64,000 nt of DNA from an uncultured Nitrospiraceae bacterium. Lineage in GTDB: Bacteria; Nitrospirota; Thermodesulfovibrionia; Thermodesulfovibrionales; Dissulfurispiraceae. The notes below the pieces were generated by a model that was not told the DNA's origin, searched no databases, and saw only the letters and a program-made list of their open reading frames with translations. A program made the translations under genes and the position numbers. The stretch covers positions 64,001 through 128,000 of the forward strand of contig CAVPIW010000009.1 in assembly GCA_963705105.1 (NCBI GenBank), in the 5' to 3' direction. Shown here one piece after another: positions 50,347 through 61,156 of this stretch. Every line of letters starts with the position of its first letter. The stretch's first letter is position 1.

Positions 50347-51252
50347 CTATTTCGCCCTCGGATGGTGCTCGGCGTATACCGACCGTATCCGCTGCATGGT
50401 GACCTTCGTGTAAATCTGCGTCGTCGAGATATCGGAGTGGCCGAGCATCTTCTGCACGGACCGCAGGTCAGCGCCTCCCTCGAGCAGGTGAGTTGCAAAA
50501 CTGTGCCTGAGGGTATGGGGACTGAGCTGCAGGCCCGCTGCGGCGCCGAATGTCTTCAGGGACTGCCAGAACCGCTGCCGGGTCATCGGCCCGCCACGGC
50601 CCGTCAGGAAAAGATACGGCGACTGTCTCTTCTTCTCCTGGAAAGGCCTCAGCTCGGCCATGTACCGCCTGATTTTTTCCATCGCCCGCCCGTTGACGGG
50701 GACAACCCGCTCCTTGGAGCCCTTCCCGGTGACCTTGAGAAACCCCGCATCGAAATGGAGATCGTGAATCTTGATCGAAATGATCTCGCTCGCCCGCAGT
50801 CCCGAGGAGTAGAGAAGTTCGAGCATCGCCGTATCTCTCAGGAAGACCCGGTTTGCGATCTCGACGGCGAGCAGTTTTTCGATATCTCCGAAGTCGAGAG
50901 CCTTCGGCAGACGCTCCCACCGAAGGGGCACCCTGAGGGCTTCCGTCGGGTCTTCTTCGATCACCTTTTCGATGAGGAGGAATTTGCAAAACCCCTTCAG
51001 AGAGGACAGGAGCCTGCAGACGCTCGATGCGGAATATCCCCTGTCCTTCAATATGCCGAGATAGGATGTGATGTGGCCCCTCGTGAACCGGTCAGAGGAG
51101 GTTCCCTGTTCTTTAAGAAATGTGCCGAAGCCCTTCAGGTCCTGGGCATAGGAAGCGACGGTGTTTCTGGACAGGCCCCTCTCGACGGCAAGGTACGCGA
51201 GGAAGCCTGACACGAGCCCCTCCTCCGCCGCCTCCGGGTTCGCGGGTTTCAT
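50347..51252 (-). CDS. xerD: Tyrosine recombinase XerD
   Basis: [23 protein letters not shown] and [12 protein letters not shown] motifs. Confidence 0.9.
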   Translation of the reverse strand: MKPANPEAAEEGLVSGFLAYLAVERGLSRNTVASYAQDLKGFGTFLKEQGTSSDRFTRGHITSYLGILKDRGYSASSVCRLLSSLKGFCKFLLIEKVIEEDPTEALRVPLRWERLPKALDFGDIEKLLAVEIANRVFLRDTAMLELLYSSGLRASEIISIKIHDLHFDAGFLKVTGKGSKERVVPVNGRAMEKIRRYMAELRPFQEKKRQSPYLFLTGRGGPMTRQRFWQSLKTFGAAAGLQLSPHTLRHSFATHLLEGGADLRSVQKMLGHSDISTTQIYTKVTMQRIRSVYAEHHPRAK

Positions 51253-51277
51253 GACGGCAGGAACCTTCGAAATGGTT

Positions 51278-52066
51278 TCATGACAGGCACCGGCGGACCG
51301 GCAGATATTGGTGGATGCCCGTGGAGCTCTTCATCTGATCATAGAGGATGGCGGCCAGCTCCATAAGGTGTATCGTGTCCTCCCTGTTGTACGTGACGAG
51401 GAGGTCCAGGGCCTCGGAGCTGCCTCTCCTGGCCCGCTCCCAGAGCTTCACGGCGTCATAGCCGTCGAGGCCCCGCACAGTTTCATCGCGGTCAATGCCG
51501 AAGATCCTTTCCAGTTTTTTCAGGCCCCCGTTGATGCCGAGCCGCCGGGCGGCGAAACAGAGATCGAAGTGGGGGATGTTGAACCGCACGCCCGGAACGG
51601 TTCTGAGAAGGAAGGGGACGTCGAAGGCGGCCCCGTAAAAGGTGATGAGATATTTGTAGCCCGAGAGGGCGCTGTTGAGCGCCTCGGCGCTGAGGTTCTC
51701 GCCCCGGATGAAGCAGCGGGCGTCATAGCCGTCATAGAGCCCGACGACGGTGACGTAACCGCCGATGCCGGGCTGAAAACCGTTCGTCTCAATGTCGAGG
51801 CAGACGGCGCCTTGTTTGAAGACCTCGAAGAGCCGCCAGTGCTCCCGCCTCTTCATGATGCGCGCGAAGTACTCGGCGTTTTCGACGGCCAGTTCGACGG
51901 AGGACTGGATCAACTGATTATCGTAGCCGCTCTTGCGCTCGGCGCTGATGCCCTCAATGCCTCCGCAACGGCAGAAATCCTCCCACATCAGGATGCCCCG
52001 GCTCCAGAGTCGCCGTTCCAGTTTCTCGCCGATGCCGCTGAGCATGGAAAAAGTGTGTCGTATCAC
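51278..52066 (-). CDS. RNase H-like (YprB-type) 3'-5' exonuclease
   Basis: LDIET, FD.PF, HFDL and YNRED motifs. Confidence 0.82.
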   Translation of the reverse strand: MIRHTFSMLSGIGEKLERRLWSRGILMWEDFCRCGGIEGISAERKSGYDNQLIQSSVELAVENAEYFARIMKRREHWRLFEVFKQGAVCLDIETNGFQPGIGGYVTVVGLYDGYDARCFIRGENLSAEALNSALSGYKYLITFYGAAFDVPFLLRTVPGVRFNIPHFDLCFAARRLGINGGLKKLERIFGIDRDETVRGLDGYDAVKLWERARRGSSEALDLLVTYNREDTIHLMELAAILYDQMKSSTGIHQYLPVRRCLS

Positions 52067-52148
52067 GGGTACTCCTCTTTTTAGCTCTTATTATACTCCA
52101 AAAGGAAGCGATCGGGGGCGGCGGTTATTTATGATGTAAAATATAGAC

Positions 52149-53996
52149 ATGACCCGACCATCATTGATCAAACACCTGGAGGGCCTTGCCCGCCTCGTCC
52201 GTTATTTCATCCTCCTGTCGACAACGGAGGCCCGTTCCGGTCATCCCACGTCGTCCCTCTCCGCGGCGGACCTCATGACGGGCCTTCTGTTCGGCGGGTC
52301 CTTCTTTTTTTCCCCTGATGAGCCCCGTCATCCCAACAACGATCGCCTCATCTTTTCAAAGGGCCATGCGGCGCCGCTGCTCTATGCGCTCTGGGCGGCG
52401 GCAGGAGCGATGACCGAAGAGGACCTCCGGACCCTCCGGAAGTTCGGCAGTCCCCTCGAAGGCCACCCGACGCCCCGTTTCCGGTATGCCGAAGCCGCCA
52501 CGGGGTCACTGGGGCAGGGCCTGTCCGTCGGGCTCGGCATGGCCCTCAACGGCCGCTATATCGACGGGCTTCCCTACCGGACCTATGTGCTCCTCGGTGA
52601 CAGTGAGATGACCGAAGGGTCCGTCTGGGAGGCGATCCAGCTCGCCGCCCATTACAGACTGGACAACCTCATCGGGATTCTCGATGTGAACCGCCTCGGT
52701 CAGCGGGGAGAGACCCTGTACGGTCACGATGTCGAGGCCTACCGTCGGCGTGTCTCCTCTTTCGGTTGGGAGACGGAAGTGATCGACGGACACTCGATGG
52801 ACGACATCATCCCGGCCTTCGAAAAGGCGAGGGAAGTCAGGGAGCGGCCCTTCATGGTCATCGCGAAGACGATCAAAGGCAAAGGTATCTCGTTTTTCGA
52901 GGACAAGGAAGGATGGCACGGCAAGGCGCTCTCTCCTGAGGAATATCGTGAGGCCCTCGGGGAGCTTGGCGGCATCGACAGGGACATCAGGGCAACGGTC
53001 CCGTCGCCTCCCGATCTCAGGCCCGGTCCCCGGGAACGGCAGGGAATCGCCGAACCCGTTTATACAGCGGGGAAGGCCGTTTCGACCCGGAGGGCGTACG
53101 GAAACGCTCTCGTGAGGATCTGCCCGGGATTCCCTGACATGGTCGTCCTCGACGCCGAGGTCGGCAATTCGACCTATGCCGGGCTCTTCGGCGAAGCCTT
53201 TTCCGCGCGTTTCTTCGAGATGTATGTGGCGGAACAGAACATGGTCGGAGCGGCCCTCGGACTATCGCTGAGATCGAAGAGGCCCTTCGTCTCCACCTTC
53301 GCAGCCTTCCTCACCCGCGCCTTCGATCAGATACGCATGAGCAGGTACTCCGATGCCGGCATCGTCTTCTGCGGGTCTCATGCGGGCGTGTCCATCGGAG
53401 AAGACGGCTCTTCCCAGATGGGTCTCGAGGACATCGCAATGTTCAGGGCCGTCATGGACGGCATCGTGCTCTACCCGTCCGATGCGATCTCGGCAGAAAG
53501 GCTCGTCGAGGAGGCGGCCCGGCAGAAAGGAATCGTGTATATCAGGACGACGCGGCAGGAGACACCCGTCCTGTACGGACCAGACGAATCCTTTCCCATC
53601 GGCGGATGCAAGGTCCTCCGGAAAAGTGATCAGGACAGACTGACCGTCGTTGCGGCGGGCATCACGGTCCACGAGGCCCTTGCGGCATATGAAGAGCTGA
53701 AAAGACGGGACATCGATGTCCGCATCATCGACCTCTACAGTATAAAGCCGATCGACACGCCGGCACTCGTCGGGGCGGCAAAAGAAACGGGCTGCCTCGT
53801 GACCGTCGAAGACCATGTCGCCGAGGGCGGTATCGGGGAAGCCGTCAGGAGCGCACTGGCAGTCCATCCCGTGCCGGTTCATTCCCTGGCTGTACGAAAA
53901 ATCCCGATGAGCGGCAGGCCCGATGAACTGCTCGACTATGAGGACATCTCGCGGAAAGCCATCGTGAAGACCGTTCTGGGCTTGCTCGACTCATGA
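52149..53996 (+). CDS. tkt: Transketolase
   Basis: SGHP, SKGHA, LEGHP, GSLGQG, GDSE and GEDG.SQ motifs. Confidence 0.93.
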   Translation: MTRPSLIKHLEGLARLVRYFILLSTTEARSGHPTSSLSAADLMTGLLFGGSFFFSPDEPRHPNNDRLIFSKGHAAPLLYALWAAAGAMTEEDLRTLRKFGSPLEGHPTPRFRYAEAATGSLGQGLSVGLGMALNGRYIDGLPYRTYVLLGDSEMTEGSVWEAIQLAAHYRLDNLIGILDVNRLGQRGETLYGHDVEAYRRRVSSFGWETEVIDGHSMDDIIPAFEKAREVRERPFMVIAKTIKGKGISFFEDKEGWHGKALSPEEYREALGELGGIDRDIRATVPSPPDLRPGPRERQGIAEPVYTAGKAVSTRRAYGNALVRICPGFPDMVVLDAEVGNSTYAGLFGEAFSARFFEMYVAEQNMVGAALGLSLRSKRPFVSTFAAFLTRAFDQIRMSRYSDAGIVFCGSHAGVSIGEDGSSQMGLEDIAMFRAVMDGIVLYPSDAISAERLVEEAARQKGIVYIRTTRQETPVLYGPDESFPIGGCKVLRKSDQDRLTVVAAGITVHEALAAYEELKRRDIDVRIIDLYSIKPIDTPALVGAAKETGCLVTVEDHVAEGGIGEAVRSALAVHPVPVHSLAVRKIPMSGRPDELLDYEDISRKAIVKTVLGLLDS

Positions 53997-55334
53997 TGAC
54001 CGGTAGGCCCTGAGCCTCCTCATCAGAGTCGACAGGGAAACACCCAGCGCCTGCGCGGTCCTGCCCCTGTTTCCCCTGAAATGCTCGAGAGCCGCTTCTA
54101 TATACTGCCGCTCGAGCTCTTCAAGCGTCATGCACTTCTCCGACGGGGCGGGCACACACCAGCCGCCGTCGGTCCTGTTTTCACCGGCCTCTTTCATCAG
54201 GAATTCCGAAGGCCTTAGTTTTCTCCCCCTCTGGACGATGACGGCGCGCTCAAGGACATTCCTCAGTTCCCGCACATTTCCCGGCCACGGATAATCCCTG
54301 ATCAGATCGATTTCACCACCGGCAAGCTGGTCCTCTCCCCTGCCCAGGGTGCGGAGGAAATGCGAACAGAGTTCGGGGATGTCCTGGGTGCGCTCTCTGA
54401 GGGGCGGGATGTGGATCCGCAGGACGCCGATGCGATAATACAGGTCTCTCCGGAAGGTCCGCCCGACGGCCTGTTCGATGTCGATGTTCGTCGACGCGAT
54501 GATGCGGGAATGGACGGACCTCATAAGTTCGCCGCCGAGTCTCCTGAACTGCCTGTCCTCTATCACACTCAGCAGCTTGCCCTGCAGGTGATAGGGCATC
54601 TCCCCGATCTCGTCGAGAAAAAGCGTTCCTCCGCCGGCCATCTCGAAGAGTCCCTTTTTGGCGGAAGCGGCGCCCGTGAAAGCACCCTTTTCATAACCGA
54701 ACATCTCCGCTTCGATGAGGCTTTCCGGGATGGTCAGGCAGTTGATGCTGACGAAGGGCTCGTTCCGGAGGGCGCTCCGGTAATGGATGGCCCTGGCGAC
54801 GAGATTTTTCCCCGTGCCCGTCTCTCCCGTCACGAGCACGAGCGAAGAGTTCGATGCTGCGAGGTCAACAAGTCCGAGCACGTCCGTGAGGGCCTTGCTG
54901 CTTCCAACGATATGCGATTCCTCGGATTCCCTGTCACGGAGGATCCTGACCCGGTCTTCGGCGCTTCGCTGCCTGATAATCCGTTCGATCAGCACGGGGA
55001 GCACGTCGAGATAGCTGTGATCCTGGTCCTTGATGAGATAGTCGTAGGCGCCGGCCTTCATCGCCCTGACGGCGACCTGCTCGCTCCCTGCGCCGGTGGT
55101 GATGATGAGGGGGATATCCAGGTTGAGATCGAGGATGTCGAACACTGTACCGTCTCCGAGAAGGTAATCGGAGACGACGGCATCGAAGGCCTCCGATGCG
55201 ATGATACGCCGCGCTTCCTCGACGGACCGGGCCATGCGGAACTCGCATGCATAGCCGCCGCCGGCGAAGAACCTTTCGAAAGCCATCCGGTCGACGAGGT
55301 CATCCTCTATGATCAGCAGATTAACGGGTTTCAT
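53991..55334 (-). CDS. Sigma54-dependent response regulator (NtrC family)
   Basis: Receiver domain, GETGTGK, GAFTGA, WPGNVREL and Fis HTH. Confidence 0.92.
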   Translation of the reverse strand: MKPVNLLIIEDDLVDRMAFERFFAGGGYACEFRMARSVEEARRIIASEAFDAVVSDYLLGDGTVFDILDLNLDIPLIITTGAGSEQVAVRAMKAGAYDYLIKDQDHSYLDVLPVLIERIIRQRSAEDRVRILRDRESEESHIVGSSKALTDVLGLVDLAASNSSLVLVTGETGTGKNLVARAIHYRSALRNEPFVSINCLTIPESLIEAEMFGYEKGAFTGAASAKKGLFEMAGGGTLFLDEIGEMPYHLQGKLLSVIEDRQFRRLGGELMRSVHSRIIASTNIDIEQAVGRTFRRDLYYRIGVLRIHIPPLRERTQDIPELCSHFLRTLGRGEDQLAGGEIDLIRDYPWPGNVRELRNVLERAVIVQRGRKLRPSEFLMKEAGENRTDGGWCVPAPSEKCMTLEELERQYIEAALEHFRGNRGRTAQALGVSLSTLMRRLRAYRSS

Positions 55335-56544
55335 CGACTGCTCCCGGTGCCCCCCCGACGCCCTCGCTGGAAGGCGGCGCACCGTGATTCCCCCGGATGT
55401 CACGGCGCGGCAATGTGAAGAGGAAGGTGCTTCCCTGTCCCTTCTTCGATTCCACCCGGACGAATCCGCCGTGGTCCTCGACGATCCTCTTGACGATCGC
55501 AAGGCCGATACCGCTGCCGGCGTCATGCTCACCGGCCCGGACGGTCTGGAAGATCTTGAAGATCCTCTCGAAGTGTCTCTCCTCGATGCCCGGGCCGTTG
55601 TCACTGACGCCGAATTCCCAGTGATCACCGCCCGGCCTGCACGTGATCCGCACCTCGCCTTCAGGCTTATCCATAAAGGCGATGGCATTCTGGAGCAGAT
55701 TCTGGAAGACCTGGCGGATCTGCGTCCTTTCGCAGGACACCACGGGCAGCTCGTCGTCGATCGTGACCCGGACCGTCACGGGCGGCGAGAGCATGTCGAT
55801 GATCCTCGGCACTTCCGCCGCCAGTGCGACAGGCCGCCTCTCCGACCGTCCCCGCGTCGACCGGGAGTATGCAAGGATCCCGTCGATGAGTCGGCTCATC
55901 TTGCCGGTCCGTTCCATGATATGCATGACTTTCTCCTTTCCCGCTTCCTCCATCCGTCCCCCCTCATCGTCCATCAGCGTCTTCGCGAGAAAACCGATCG
56001 CCCTGAGGGGCGCCTTCAGGTCATGGGAGACGATGGAGGCGAACTCGTCGAGGTCCCTGTTCATCCTCCCCAGTTCCCTGATGAGCAGGGCCTGCCTCTC
56101 CGAAAGAAGCCGGTACCGTTCTTCCGACGCCCCGAGGGCGTCCCTGAGTTTTTTCGCGGCAAGGCATTCGTCGATCGCCTCGCGCAGTTTCTCTGTATCG
56201 AGAGGCTTCTGGAGGTACTTGTTGATGCCGATGTTGATGGAATCGAGGAAATATTCCGTGTCGTTGTATGCCGTCGTCACGATAATCGGCGTGTCCGCAC
56301 CGGTCTGCCTGATGCGTTTCGCCATCGACAGCCCGCTCATGACAGGCATGCGTATATCGGTGATGACGACGTCCGGTTGCTGCTCATGGTACAGCAGGAG
56401 GCCGTCCTTTCCGTCACGGGCCGTGAAGACGCGTTCGTAGAAGAGAGACAAAAACATCCCCATTTCGGTCCTCGTCAACTCGTCGTCTTCGACAAACAGG
56501 ATGGCCGTCCCGTCGGGCGGCGCGTCCCTTTTCTCATCCTTCAT
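55321..56544 (-). CDS. Receiver plus histidine kinase hybrid
   Basis: DIRMP receiver, SHDLKAPL H-box, N/G1/G2 boxes. Confidence 0.9.
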   Translation of the reverse strand: MKDEKRDAPPDGTAILFVEDDELTRTEMGMFLSLFYERVFTARDGKDGLLLYHEQQPDVVITDIRMPVMSGLSMAKRIRQTGADTPIIVTTAYNDTEYFLDSINIGINKYLQKPLDTEKLREAIDECLAAKKLRDALGASEERYRLLSERQALLIRELGRMNRDLDEFASIVSHDLKAPLRAIGFLAKTLMDDEGGRMEEAGKEKVMHIMERTGKMSRLIDGILAYSRSTRGRSERRPVALAAEVPRIIDMLSPPVTVRVTIDDELPVVSCERTQIRQVFQNLLQNAIAFMDKPEGEVRITCRPGGDHWEFGVSDNGPGIEERHFERIFKIFQTVRAGEHDAGSGIGLAIVKRIVEDHGGFVRVESKKGQGSTFLFTLPRRDIRGNHGAPPSSEGVGGAPGAVDETR

Positions 56545-58118
56545 GTCATCCTCGCTCGGGGAAGCCTTATTGTGAAACGGGCGCCCCGGGGCAGGCTTTC
56601 AGCGCTTAGTCTGCCGTCCATGTTTTTTTCTATAATGATCTTGGCCATGTAGAGACCGATCCCCGTTCCCTTGCCCGGCTCCTTCGTTGTGAAGTAGGGA
56701 TCGAAGATCCTTTCGGAGCCGTTCTCCGGCAATCCCCTGCCGTTGTCTTCTATCCTGACCTCCACGACATCCTCTTTGCCGGCTATGTCAATGGATACTT
56801 CTCCATTATAGCAATCCGGACCTTCGTCCCCGCAGGACCGCTCCAGTATAGTGTCGACGGCATTGTTGAGGATATTGACGACGGCCTGCTGGAATTCACT
56901 CTGAAAACCGGAAACCTTGCATCCGTTGCCGTCGCCGGTTCTCCTGACGTGAACAGCCACCCCGTGGCTCCTGAACTGGGCGGAGAGGAGAGAGAGGGCC
57001 TGATCGACGGAGTCGCACACATCGAAAAGCTCCTTACCCGTTCCCGGCCGGATGAAACTTCTGAAGTCGTCGATCGTCTCCGACATGAAACGGATCTGTT
57101 CCATCGTCTTTTCGACGGTCTGATCGAGGTACGCCGTGTTCAGAACTCCCCTGTGGTATGTGCTGCGGATGTTCTGTATCATTATCGCGACGGCATTAAG
57201 GGGCTGGCGCCACTGGTGGGAAATCGCCGCCAGCATCCCTCCCATGGCGGCGAGGCTCGACTGCCGGATCAGCATCTGCTCCTGTTCTCTCCTCTCGGCC
57301 TCTTTCTGCTCCAGGGCGGCGCCCATGCTGTTGAAGGCCCGCGTCAGCCTCCTGACCTCCCAGTCCCCGGCCTCGTCGATGAGGCCGAAGCGCCCTTCCC
57401 GTTCGATTTCCGTGACTCTTCTCGTCAGTCTGTCGAGAGGGCCGGTGATCCTTCTGACCATTACGAAAAGCAGCAGCGAACCGGCGAGGATGAACGCGGC
57501 GGTCGATGCGATCATGGTCCAAAGCGCCCTTTCGCTCTCCCGGACCATCTCCTCCTTGTCGAGGATGATCGCGGCATACCCGATCGTATAGGAAGGGGCG
57601 CGGGAATCTCCGCCGTGAGCGGCGTCACCGAAGAGATACTCCTCGGAGGATGGCGTATTGACCGACAGGATGGGTCTCCAGAATGCCGCAAACCGTCCCG
57701 ACTCGATGACGATGGCGCCGGGATTGCCCGTGTCCGTGCCCTGGAATCTCTTCATCGCCGCCTCTTTCATCCTCTCCGTGACATCTGCCGGCTGAGGCTC
57801 TTTCCAGGACCTGAAAAGCGGGACCCATTGCCGGTCGAAGACGAGGACCGATTTGACGTAGCGCTCCTTCAGCGTCGTTACCCCGCTGTTTTCAACGAGA
57901 AGCGCATTGCCTGAAAAAACACCGATCGTCGCATTGTCGGCGAGCATTCTCGAGAGCATGTTTCCCCTGTGCGCGATCTCTTTCGCGAGGTCCTCCTGCT
58001 GGTGACGGACGAACAGGAAGATAATTGATACCGCCATTCCCGCGATGAAGAGGGTGAACGTCAGGTAGATCCTGAAGCGGAAGCTCCGGTGTTTCCAGGG
58101 TTCTCCGCCGGCCGTCAT
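56541..58118 (-). CDS. Membrane HAMP sensor histidine kinase
   Basis: Two TMs, HAMP, SHQWRQPL, PYFTTK..GTGIGL. Confidence 0.9.
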   Translation of the reverse strand: MTAGGEPWKHRSFRFRIYLTFTLFIAGMAVSIIFLFVRHQQEDLAKEIAHRGNMLSRMLADNATIGVFSGNALLVENSGVTTLKERYVKSVLVFDRQWVPLFRSWKEPQPADVTERMKEAAMKRFQGTDTGNPGAIVIESGRFAAFWRPILSVNTPSSEEYLFGDAAHGGDSRAPSYTIGYAAIILDKEEMVRESERALWTMIASTAAFILAGSLLLFVMVRRITGPLDRLTRRVTEIEREGRFGLIDEAGDWEVRRLTRAFNSMGAALEQKEAERREQEQMLIRQSSLAAMGGMLAAISHQWRQPLNAVAIMIQNIRSTYHRGVLNTAYLDQTVEKTMEQIRFMSETIDDFRSFIRPGTGKELFDVCDSVDQALSLLSAQFRSHGVAVHVRRTGDGNGCKVSGFQSEFQQAVVNILNNAVDTILERSCGDEGPDCYNGEVSIDIAGKEDVVEVRIEDNGRGLPENGSERIFDPYFTTKEPGKGTGIGLYMAKIIIEKNMDGRLSAESLPRGARFTIRLPRARMT

Positions 58119-59017
58119 CGCATGACCTGCGCTTTCCGGATCGCCTCGGCGCTGATGGTGAGACCCAGGGACCGTGCGACATGCATGTTTAAAAATCGCG
58201 TCACGGCAGGAGGCTCATATTGAACAGACGGTCTGTTCCGAACGTGGTGCGTCTCCCGCACGATTTCCCCGATCTTTCTGCCGATGTCGCGCCCTCCGTA
58301 TCCGACTGAAATGAGTGCCCCCTCCCTGACATACCGCTCGGAGAACGCAAGAACGGGGACCCTCGCCTTCAGGGAAAAGGAAAAGATGATCATCGTCGTG
58401 TCTGCGGTGACCGCCGTCGTATCGGGAACAAGCCAGAGCCCGTCGATCTTCCCCTCCAGGTCCTCAAGCGCGGCGGAGACCTCTTTCGGCAGGGCGATCC
58501 TCCGCTCGACGAGTGTCACCTGGGCCTTCTCCGCAGCGTCCTTCATTTTCCTGACGAGGGGGGCTGACTTGGCAGGGTCATAGATGACGCCGATCCTCCT
58601 GACGGAGGGCACGGTCTCCAGCAGCGCCGACAACTGCGTCTCCGGAGGCGGCATGACATCGACGCCGGTGATATTCTTCCTGTCGTTGAGCGACGACGGG
58701 CGTGACAGCACCATCGTATAGATGATCGGGACGGTCGTGGACCTTGCCGCCCTCGTCAGGGCGTCGCTCCCGATCGCCACGATGATGTCAGGTTTCAGCC
58801 GGGCCGCTTCTCGGGCGATGTTTAACCCCGGGTCGGTATCGAGAGAGATCAGATCCACCTGCAATCCCTGCTCTTCCCTGATCCCCTCGACGATGCGCGC
58901 GTGGAATGCCGATGCGACGGTCTGGACAACGAGCACCACGGGATGCTCATGGGCAGATGCCCGTCCCAGGAGGAGCGGGAGGCACAATGCAGCGATGATG
59001 GCTGCGACGATCCGCAT
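58115..59017 (-). CDS. ABC_sub_bind-type periplasmic binding protein
   Basis: Signal peptide, RIGVIYDP, LWL.PD and A..LGL.I motifs. Confidence 0.8.
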   Translation of the reverse strand: MRIVAAIIAALCLPLLLGRASAHEHPVVLVVQTVASAFHARIVEGIREEQGLQVDLISLDTDPGLNIAREAARLKPDIIVAIGSDALTRAARSTTVPIIYTMVLSRPSSLNDRKNITGVDVMPPPETQLSALLETVPSVRRIGVIYDPAKSAPLVRKMKDAAEKAQVTLVERRIALPKEVSAALEDLEGKIDGLWLVPDTTAVTADTTMIIFSFSLKARVPVLAFSERYVREGALISVGYGGRDIGRKIGEIVRETHHVRNRPSVQYEPPAVTRFLNMHVARSLGLTISAEAIRKAQVMR

Positions 59018-59090
59018 ACCCTTTCGAAGCGATATCCCTATTTTTTCACTCGTGAGCAGTTCTCATGCAGTCGTCAGCTTCCGGATCCTG

Positions 59091-60989
59091 TCAGAAGTAA
59101 GCCCTCAGGCCGCCTTCGAACACCCGCTTCGGGTTCCTGATGACCGGTATCGCGTATTGCACATTGTTGAAGAGATTCTTGACGGACAGGAAAAGCTCGG
59201 GCGTCACAAATCCCGCCGCCTTGAAAGTCTTCGTGACATTGAGATCGAAGATGAAGGAGTCATAACGGGCGCCGTCTTCCTGTGGCGCGTCCCACCAGAC
59301 ATATCTGCCGTCGAGAGAAGCCCTCAGGGATCCCCTGACATAGTTGATCCCGATGTTATAGAGATAGCGGGGAGCGATACCCCGGATGCGCATGCCCGTC
59401 TCCCTGTCTTCCGAATCGATGAAGGCCATCGCGAAATAGGGGAAGAGACCGGCCGGGAGAGAGGCCCTGATCTCCGCATCGAATCCCTGTATTCTCTGTT
59501 TGCCGCTGTTGATCTCCGTCGTTGTGCTCCCGGCAGGCACTCTCACCAGGGTGTTTCTCGTATTATGGAGAAAGGCCGTCACCTTTGCCGCCAGGGACTG
59601 AAGCGGGGAAAACTCGATCCCGCCCTGATACGATGTGACCCGCTCCATTTCAAGGTCGGGGTTCCCCGTAAAGGTGAACGTCCTCGCCAGCGTTGTCGCG
59701 AGCGGCGGAATGCTGAACCCCTCGGCGACGTAGAACTTCACAACGGTGCTGTCCGAGACCTTGCAGGAGATGCCGAGACTGGGGCTCGTATTGTTGCCGT
59801 TTGTGCTCGTATCGTCATAGCGTATGCCCGGCGTGATATTCAGCGGTCCCACCCGTACCGTGCCGTTGGCGAAAAAGGCCCACTGCTCAAGGTCACCCCC
59901 GCCGCCGGTCAGGGCTGATGAAACCACCTTCCCCTTCTTGTATTCGAAGCCGGCGGCAAAATCATGCTTGCCAGCCTCTCCCAGGAAAAGAAGACTCAAA
60001 CCGCGGTTCACCTCGTCGAAGTCCTGCCTGTTCAGAAGCGATCGTTGTCCCAATTCCAGCACATCGAGCGTCGTATCGAAGGAGGCATACTTGAATTTCA
60101 GTTCCGACCGGAGCCATTCCGTGATCCTCTTGTCCAACTTCAGGGAAAGATAGAGGAACCGTGATTCCGTTTCAAAGGCGATGTCCTGCTCGTTGACGGC
60201 GCCGCTGCCCTGGTCAAAGGTCGAGTAGCCGAATGCGGCGGAGAGACTGTCCGACGGACCGAGGTCCCAGATCACCTTGCCATGGATGTTCCCCCCGGAG
60301 AACTCCGTATTTTCACGGGACCCGTTCGTATGGGCATGATTTCCGTAGAGATAGTACCCGAGGCGGTTCACCTGCCCCCTGATCTCCGCCCCTGTATCAT
60401 AGGTGGCATAAGACCCGTACGAGACATGGGCGAAGCCCGAGAGGGGACGCTCGCCCGGGTTTTTCGTGATCACGTTGATGACCCCGCCGAGAGATGACCC
60501 CCAGGCCGATGACGCCGGTCCCTTGATGACCTCGACACGATCGATCATGTGAACGGGAATGAACTCCAGGTTGGCGTGACGATCGGAGGTCGTCGAGACC
60601 TCGACACCGTCGATCATGACGAGGACGTGCCTGAAGTCGGAACCGAGGATGCCCACAGGACCATAGTTGCCGATGGCGCCGTACCGGTCCATATAGACGC
60701 CGATGACCCGCGTGATGACGTCGCCGAGAGTATGGGCGTTCCATTGTTTGATCTGCTGCTCCGTCAGGACGGAAACATTCTCCGCCACCTGGCTGATCGG
60801 AAGGACCCTCCGCGACGACGAGAGGAAACCTTCATCAAACATGAGCGTGATACCCTCGTCCTCGGACAGGCGGGATTCCTGCTCCGCCGCCTGACAGGGA
60901 CCCGAGAGAATGACGATGACATAGAGGACAAAGAGGAAAAGAATGATGCCGTTGACGCGAAGGACACCGCTTCGTCCCGCCGCGCTCAC
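59091..60989 (-). CDS. TonB-dependent receptor
   Basis: Plug motif IDRVEVIKGPASS.WG...GGVIN; KNLFN and terminal F. Confidence 0.92.
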   Translation of the reverse strand: MSAAGRSGVLRVNGIILFLFVLYVIVILSGPCQAAEQESRLSEDEGITLMFDEGFLSSSRRVLPISQVAENVSVLTEQQIKQWNAHTLGDVITRVIGVYMDRYGAIGNYGPVGILGSDFRHVLVMIDGVEVSTTSDRHANLEFIPVHMIDRVEVIKGPASSAWGSSLGGVINVITKNPGERPLSGFAHVSYGSYATYDTGAEIRGQVNRLGYYLYGNHAHTNGSRENTEFSGGNIHGKVIWDLGPSDSLSAAFGYSTFDQGSGAVNEQDIAFETESRFLYLSLKLDKRITEWLRSELKFKYASFDTTLDVLELGQRSLLNRQDFDEVNRGLSLLFLGEAGKHDFAAGFEYKKGKVVSSALTGGGGDLEQWAFFANGTVRVGPLNITPGIRYDDTSTNGNNTSPSLGISCKVSDSTVVKFYVAEGFSIPPLATTLARTFTFTGNPDLEMERVTSYQGGIEFSPLQSLAAKVTAFLHNTRNTLVRVPAGSTTTEINSGKQRIQGFDAEIRASLPAGLFPYFAMAFIDSEDRETGMRIRGIAPRYLYNIGINYVRGSLRASLDGRYVWWDAPQEDGARYDSFIFDLNVTKTFKAAGFVTPELFLSVKNLFNNVQYAIPVIRNPKRVFEGGLRAYF

Positions 60990-61156
60990 AGACCTCCCGA
61001 AGTGACATTGATCCAGCGGACACCACCTCCCGGCGTTTCATCGATGCTCCGATTCCGGAGCTGCAAAAAGTCGTGTTATCAAGAATATGCGATTACCGTT
61101 CCCCAAGTCAACCGTCCGCCGGGGACGTGTGGTATCATGTCACTGGAATACATGAT

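Noticed and set aside
50347..51252. Tyrosine recombinase as the integron integrase or a prophage integrase
   Set aside because: It is a typical XerD with no IntI-specific insertion, 11 kb from the array, in housekeeping context.
61060..61085. Sigma54 promoter upstream of the TonB receptor
   Set aside because: TAACAC-N-TTTGC lacks the invariant GG and has the wrong spacing.
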